IMG/VR virus record: IMGVR_UViG_3300045988_155539
Coordinates: 1-37,838 of that record
Length of the DNA: 37,838 nt
DNA from: a virus
Direction: 5' to 3' (one strand)
Each line of letters opens with the position of its first letter. Position 1 is the stretch's first letter. A program made the position numbers and the translations under genes. Positions 33,836 through 37,838 of the stretch are shown here, piece after piece. The notes under the pieces are model-generated. The model did not search any database. It worked only from the letters and a program-made list of their open reading frames with translations, and was not told the DNA's origin.

Positions 33836-34585
33836 TTACTTCGCCCCCTTCCCGATGAGACCGAGCCGCTGGAGCATGACCGCAAGCTGTTCGCGCGTGA
33901 GCGGAGCCTGCGGCGCGGAGCCGTCTGTGATACCGGCGTCCGTCAGCGCCTTCCAGGCGTCCGCCGCCCAAGCGTTTGCGGTTTTGCGCTCGTTTTCCTT
34001 CTCATAGCGCTGCAAGAACGCCTTAAAATGTTCGTAGGTCAATGTTGTTTCCTCCTTCTTCGGTTCGGGTTCAACCGGCGCGGTCAGCAGTGCCTTGAAC
34101 TTACGCCACAGACTTTCGTCGCGTACCCACGGCTCGGGGCACAGCTTGCCGGTGACATCATAGTGCCGCACGACGTGATCTGCGTCAATGCCGTACTTCG
34201 TCATGAGATGCTTGACCAACTCGACGGCACGGTCTACCGTCTGCGGCGTGATGGTGTACTTGCCACCTACGATGTCGCTGCACATTTCCACACCCAACGA
34301 ATTGCGGTTCATACAAATGCCGCGTAACGGGTGATGCGAGCTCTCGAGATCGCCGCCGCAGTGCCATGCTGCATCTCTATCACGCACGGACTGCGTAACG
34401 CTGTCCTCATCGACAAAATAGTGTGCACTTGCCCGTCGGCCTGCGCCCTGAAAATAGTGCGCATTACCCTCGTCGGTGTCACCGTCGTTGGCGGTATAGT
34501 GCATGACGATGTACTTGATCGAATTTCCGCCGCGGCCGGAGTAGTAGTTACTCGGATCAGCCGGCACAAACGGAATGTTCATCAA
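33836..34585 (-). CDS. endolysin, N-acetylmuramoyl-L-alanine amidase (Amidase_2/PGRP type)
   Basis: IKYIVMHYTANDGDTDEGNAHYF..ASAHYFVDEDSVTQSV...AWHCGG...LGVEMC. It overlaps the holin stop (ATGA). Confidence 0.8.
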   Translation of the reverse strand: MMNIPFVPADPSNYYSGRGGNSIKYIVMHYTANDGDTDEGNAHYFQGAGRRASAHYFVDEDSVTQSVRDRDAAWHCGGDLESSHHPLRGICMNRNSLGVEMCSDIVGGKYTITPQTVDRAVELVKHLMTKYGIDADHVVRHYDVTGKLCPEPWVRDESLWRKFKALLTAPVEPEPKKEETTLTYEHFKAFLQRYEKENERKTANAWAADAWKALTDAGITDGSAPQAPLTREQLAVMLQRLGLIGKGAK

Positions 34586-35040
34586 TCGTTCTCCTCCCCT
34601 AACTTATCCACTGCGTCCTTTGCTGCCGCGAGCGCCTTCTGCAGCCACTGCGGCACCGGCGCGCCGAGCGCGACGGCATTCTCGACGATGCTGCCGAGCT
34701 CCGTAAGGGTGTACCACACCACTACCATCGGGCACAGCAGCACAGTGTACTCAAACGGCAGCGTAACGCCGGGGATGTGTCCGATCAGCGTGCCGATCAG
34801 CAAATCGGCGACGCCTGCGACAATGACCACGACGATGCTGCCGCACTTGTGCCAGATGCCGTCTCTGGCGGCCGGGGATGACCACTTGCCGGCGCGGCAC
34901 GCCACCGCCGAGCCGGTGAGAAAGTCAACAGCCATGCAAAAGATAAAGAGCACGACCAACCAGCCGAACCACCCCCAGAGCGCGGTGAGAATGGCGATGA
35001 TTGCTGCAATCGCAGCCTTAAAATGCGCTACATTTTCCAT
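34582..35040 (-). CDS. holin (Phage_holin_4_1 / TcdE-like family)
   Basis: 152 aa with 3-4 hydrophobic helices, the WYTLTELGSIVENA motif and an acidic C-tail. It sits immediately upstream of the endolysin. Confidence 0.75.
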   Translation of the reverse strand: MENVAHFKAAIAAIIAILTALWGWFGWLVVLFIFCMAVDFLTGSAVACRAGKWSSPAARDGIWHKCGSIVVVIVAGVADLLIGTLIGHIPGVTLPFEYTVLLCPMVVVWYTLTELGSIVENAVALGAPVPQWLQKALAAAKDAVDKLGEEND

Positions 35041-35057
35041 GATTTTTACCTACTTTC

Positions 35058-36023
35058 TTACGCGATAACGCGATTATATTCGTACTGTACGCGGATTGGA
35101 TTGATCTCCGCATAGATGAGCGTCGTTTTCGGGTCGGTATGCCCCAAAAGGTGCTGTATTACCGTGAGGTCCATACCGGCGCTCAGCGCATGCGACGCGA
35201 AGGTGTGCCTCATGAGATGCGGATACAGCGGCCGCTCCATGCCGATGCGCTTGCCCAGCTTAGAGATAATCTTTTCGATACCTCTATCTGACAGCGGTTC
35301 GTAGGGCGCACGGCTGCTGGAGAAGAGCGCCTCTCCTCCCTTGCGGCCTTCGATGTACAGCTGCAGCATGAGCTTGGCCCTCACCGAGAAATACACTGTC
35401 CGCTGTTTGCCACCCTTGCCGATCACCTTGCACTTGCGCTCCTGCCAGTCGATGTCCTGCACACGCAGTCCGGCGACCTCAGACACACGACAGCCGGACG
35501 AGACCAGAAATTCGACCAAAGCCTTTTCCTTGTAGCCCTTGCACCCATCGCGGATGAGCTCCAACTGCTCGGCCGTCAGCGGATGCCGGGCACGCAGCTT
35601 GTCGATACGCAGCGACTTGATCTTGCGCATTGGGTTCTTTCGGATCGCGTCCTCATCCGTCAGCCACTGGAAGAAGCTCCGCAGGCAGTTGATGTGCGCT
35701 TGCACCGAGTTGTCTTTGAGATGCCGCTCGTCCACGAGGTACGCGATATGCTCGCGCAGGTCGTCGGTCGAGATTTTCTGAACCGGCTTTTTTATCCGCG
35801 CAATCAACACCCTCAGCCGCTCACGGTAGCCCTCCAGCGTCTTCGGCCGGCAGCCGTCGATGCGCTTCGCCGCCAGGAAAGCGTCAACACGCCTCGGCAG
35901 GTTGCTCCGCTCATACACCTTGGCAGGCATAATCTCGTAGTCATGCAAGATTTTCGCGATCTCGCCCGCACATTCGGGCATTAAAGCGGTAAGTTTAGCT
36001 AACAGGTCCATTTTTGCAGTCAT
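35058..36023 (-). CDS. Xer-like tyrosine recombinase (candidate shufflon invertase)
   Basis: ATG 36023 lies 10 nt after AAAGGAG. A complete catalytic set can be read: R (SSGCRVSEV), K (GKGGKQRTV), HxxR (HLMRHTF), H (LLGHTD), Y (TLIYAE). It has a simple two-domain ~320-aa architecture. Its start is 44 nt from the S2 core. Confidence 0.85.
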   Translation of the reverse strand: MTAKMDLLAKLTALMPECAGEIAKILHDYEIMPAKVYERSNLPRRVDAFLAAKRIDGCRPKTLEGYRERLRVLIARIKKPVQKISTDDLREHIAYLVDERHLKDNSVQAHINCLRSFFQWLTDEDAIRKNPMRKIKSLRIDKLRARHPLTAEQLELIRDGCKGYKEKALVEFLVSSGCRVSEVAGLRVQDIDWQERKCKVIGKGGKQRTVYFSVRAKLMLQLYIEGRKGGEALFSSSRAPYEPLSDRGIEKIISKLGKRIGMERPLYPHLMRHTFASHALSAGMDLTVIQHLLGHTDPKTTLIYAEINPIRVQYEYNRVIA

Positions 36024-36062
36024 GGCGCACACACTCCTTTGCCATCATTGTAACATGATATT

Positions 36063-36093
36063 GCACGGGCGCCTATGGCAAAGCGACTCAAGG
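36063..36093 (+). repeat. putative recombinase crossover site S2
   Basis: gcacgggcgcctatggcaaagcgactcaagg, with the core at 36067..36085. It is read as A-R-A-P-M-A-K-R into cassette C; the ATG of the ORF-track call lies inside the core. Confidence 0.7.
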
Positions 36094-36701
36094 ACTGCGG
36101 CGAGTTATCGGGTCAAAACGACGCTGATGTGCTCACAGAACCCGGCTTTTATCGGGGAGGAGACACGTCGAAAATGTTGCTGCACGCCCCGATTTTCTCG
36201 TACGCATGGACTTTAGAAGTGCTTGCAAATTCAGCATGGAACGTCGGAGTGACACAGCGGTTTATCGACTACGAGACCCGACGCATGTACATCCGCTCTA
36301 ATCACCCTATCGAAAGCGGCTGGGTGTGGTATGACTGGGTTGAGGTTGCACAATGCAAAACGCCCGACTACCATGCATTGTCACTTGCCGATGGAATACA
36401 AAGTCATGGTACTGCGGTGTACTGGAAGGACCAATTTAATGTTGTGTCCATAATCTTTGATTATGGATCTAAAAAAAGCGGTTCGTTTATCCCAGACGAC
36501 TGGGAACTGCTTGCCACGCTGCCTGAGGGGTTTCGACCATATGGCGACAACTGGCGTATGTGCGATGACTCGGAAAGCGGCAGCGCCGTTGCGACCTGTC
36601 GTGTCAGCGCAAATGGTGAACTGCGGTATCGTGCGTCAACTCAGTCGCAGCACCTAAATCTTTTTGGGCATATCTACATCACGTACATCGCCATGAATTA
36701 A
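36075..36701 (+). CDS. silent tail-fibre C-terminal cassette C
   Basis: No SD is present. The frame is in phase with S2. It is homologous to the fibre tip (W.WYDWVEVAQCKTPDYHALSL, VYWKDQFNVVS, LPEGFRP). Confidence 0.75.
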   Translation: MAKRLKDCGELSGQNDADVLTEPGFYRGGDTSKMLLHAPIFSYAWTLEVLANSAWNVGVTQRFIDYETRRMYIRSNHPIESGWVWYDWVEVAQCKTPDYHALSLADGIQSHGTAVYWKDQFNVVSIIFDYGSKKSGSFIPDDWELLATLPEGFRPYGDNWRMCDDSESGSAVATCRVSANGELRYRASTQSQHLNLFGHIYITYIAMN

Positions 36702-37234
36702 GTGCATGGGAAAGAAATATTCAGATACACATAGGCAACCCCCGAGGTAGCAATAATCACGGTAACATTACCGCCTGTAGTGACCGAGCAACGTACTCCT
36801 ACACCATAAGACGCCGTTACAGGCAGTTCCAACGCATGTGCAGAGTGGAAACCCTCCGGTAAATACCCGATAGAGATGTAACTATCTTTAGCGAAGGTCC
36901 CGTAAATGCAGCCGGACACAGTGCATATGTTCTCTTGCGTTTTATAGTAGATAATGTCGCCAGTAAAGCCGTCCGCCAAAGGGAAATTATGCACTTCTGG
37001 AATATTCGCCGATACGATTTTCTGCCAGTCAGCTACCCACCCATTCGAGTCTGCAAAGCGTACATATCCTACATCTGGAATACTGGGGTAGGATCGCAAT
37101 GCATAGGCGACATAGTGTTCTCCATGAAAAAAGAATACATTGTAGCCCCAGTCTTTTTCGCCATTTGGAATATCGGGACAGTTAATAGCATGGATAAAAC
37201 CTGCATGATGACCGGCATTGTTCTCACTTTTCAT
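36698..37234 (-). CDS. silent tail-fibre C-terminal cassette B
   Basis: The frame is open from 37312 and in phase with S3. There is no SD before ATG 37234. It is homologous to the fibre tip (WVADWQKIVSANIPEVHNFPL, IYYKTQENICTVS, LPEGFHS). Confidence 0.75.
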   Translation of the reverse strand: MKSENNAGHHAGFIHAINCPDIPNGEKDWGYNVFFFHGEHYVAYALRSYPSIPDVGYVRFADSNGWVADWQKIVSANIPEVHNFPLADGFTGDIIYYKTQENICTVSGCIYGTFAKDSYISIGYLPEGFHSAHALELPVTASYGVGVRCSVTTGGNVTVIIATSGVAYVYLNISFPCT

Positions 37235-37275
37235 GTAGTCGAAAATAGATGTTCCGGCCAGATACTTAGCCCGGC

Positions 37276-37306
37276 TTCCAAGGCGCTTTGCCGTAGGCGC
37301 CCGTGC
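37276..37306 (-). repeat. putative recombinase crossover site S3
   Basis: Minus strand reads gcacgggcgcctacggcaaagcgccttggaa, with the core at 37284..37302. It begins 6 nt after the stop of the 55-aa gene and is read as A-R-A-P-T-A-K-R into cassette B. Confidence 0.7.
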
Positions 37307-37312
37307 AGCCGT

Positions 37313-37480
37313 TTACGCGGCCGCTACGTCCTTCGTACCGCCGAACTCGGCCGGCACCATCTCCGGCAGGCCGCACTCGTCGATCAGGATCTCCGCCACC
37401 TGCTTCTGGAGCTTTGCGGGAACCTTTTCAAACTCACATTTGCCGAGAATAACTCTCTGCGAAAATAACATAGCCATCAT
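37313..37480 (-). CDS. XkdX/CD1375-like small tail-module protein (55 aa)
   Basis: ATGATG at 37480 has an AAGGAGAA SD. MMAMLFSQRVILGKCEFEKVPAKLQKQVAEILIDECGLPEMVP resembles the small proteins that follow tail fibres in Firmicutes phages. The Arg-rich N-terminal extension of the ORF-track call is rejected. Confidence 0.55.
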   Translation of the reverse strand: MMAMLFSQRVILGKCEFEKVPAKLQKQVAEILIDECGLPEMVPAEFGGTKDVAAA

Positions 37481-37538
37481 TTCTAGTTCTCCTTCTGATA
37501 ATAAAATGTAGATTTTTAAGGTGATTTCCGCCAACAAC

Positions 37539-37838
37539 TTACGCATAGACGATTTCCGCCATTTCAGCAATGCAGTCCTCATAAAAGGACTGCTGGTCGG
37601 CCAGCGCCGACACCTGCTGCTTGAGCTTAGCGTTCTCGCTTTCCAGTTCTGCGTTGGTTTTCGGTGCCGGCTTGATCTCCGGCGCCGGGTGCTCCTGCTC
37701 CCACGCCGCGATCTCGTCGGCCGTGGCGGTCTCCTGCCAGTCCGAGCCGCCCCAGATCGGCGAGAGAAAGCCGGTGCTGCCGGCGTGCTGACGCATGACC
37801 GGCGGCGAGGCATCGACAAGCTGCTCGCCGTCCTTTAA
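37539..37838 (-). CDS. XkdW-like protein, 3' part of the junction-spanning gene
   Basis: The frame is open to the window end and continues from 187..56 through the 55-nt overlap. It ends ...ELESENAKLKQQVSALADQQSFYEDCIAEMAEIVYA. Confidence 0.6.
   Translation of the reverse strand, partial: LKDGEQLVDASPPVMRQHAGSTGFLSPIWGGSDWQETATADEIAAWEQEHPAPEIKPAPKTNAELESENAKLKQQVSALADQQSFYEDCIAEMAEIVYA
37784..37838. repeat. 55-bp terminal direct repeat, copy 2 (circular-contig overlap)
   Basis: Exact copy of 1..55 at the window end. Confidence 0.9.

Larger units (their letters stand above)
36067..37302. other. putative invertible segment 2 (silent cassettes C and B between inverted sites S2 and S3)
   Basis: Inverted cores lie at 36067..36085 and 37284..37302 (18/19). 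The convergent cassettes have stops overlapping in TTAA at 36698..36701, the same layout as segment 1. Confidence 0.65.

Noticed and set aside
37481-37819. Arg-rich 113-aa N-terminal extension of ORF 37313..37819.
   Set aside because: It is out of frame with, and overlaps, the credible XkdW-like gene. A strong SD+ATG at 37480 defines a 55-aa gene.

Overview
The window is one complete, circularly closed phage genome. Its first 55 nt are repeated exactly at 37784..37838, which looks like an assembler overlap, so the unique length is 37,783 bp. By eye the sequence is GC-rich (about 60%) with strong GGAGG-type Shine-Dalgarno sites. Almost all real genes are on the minus strand; the long plus-strand ORFs opposite them are Arg/Ala/Leu-rich antisense shadows.

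Reading down the minus strand:
- An immunity switch: Cro-like HTH on minus, XRE repressor on plus.
- About 20 small early genes. These include a tandem-HTH protein, a PcfK-like/PcfJ-like/DUF3102-like trio, a MazG-like domain protein, an HUH rolling-circle Rep-like protein, a sigma-region-4-like regulator and a small serine recombinase.
- The late operon: terS, terL, portal, a DUF4406-like protein, a ~600-nt structured non-coding gap holding a tRNA-like element, scaffold, major capsid (with a fused Ig-like C-terminus), adaptor-like protein, a 636-aa tail protein and the tail fibre.
- The operon continues across the circular junction: XkdW-like and XkdX-like small genes, an Xer-like tyrosine recombinase, holin, amidase endolysin, a Ser-rich 393-aa protein and a 2454-aa giant protein ending in an M23 peptidase.

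The plus strand carries the repressor, a YHYH membrane protein and a large serine integrase. I recognise no tail tube, sheath or classical tape-measure set, so the virion is probably podovirus-like.

The main discovery candidate is a tail-fibre shufflon. The tail-fibre gene and three RBS-less homologous C-terminal cassettes are arranged as two convergent pairs. Each is preceded by the same ~19-nt core (GGGCGSCTAYGGCAAAGCG), always read in the same phase (A-K-R). The second pair abuts the tyrosine recombinase. Because a large serine integrase is available for lysogeny, the tyrosine enzyme is the likely invertase switching four alternative receptor-binding tips.

Secondary oddities: a tRNA-like cloverleaf with a ~67-nt insertion, repeated post-gene hairpins, duplicated 33-bp elements in front of terS, a promoter/17-codon ORF/terminator module inside the immunity region, and an orphan small serine recombinase.
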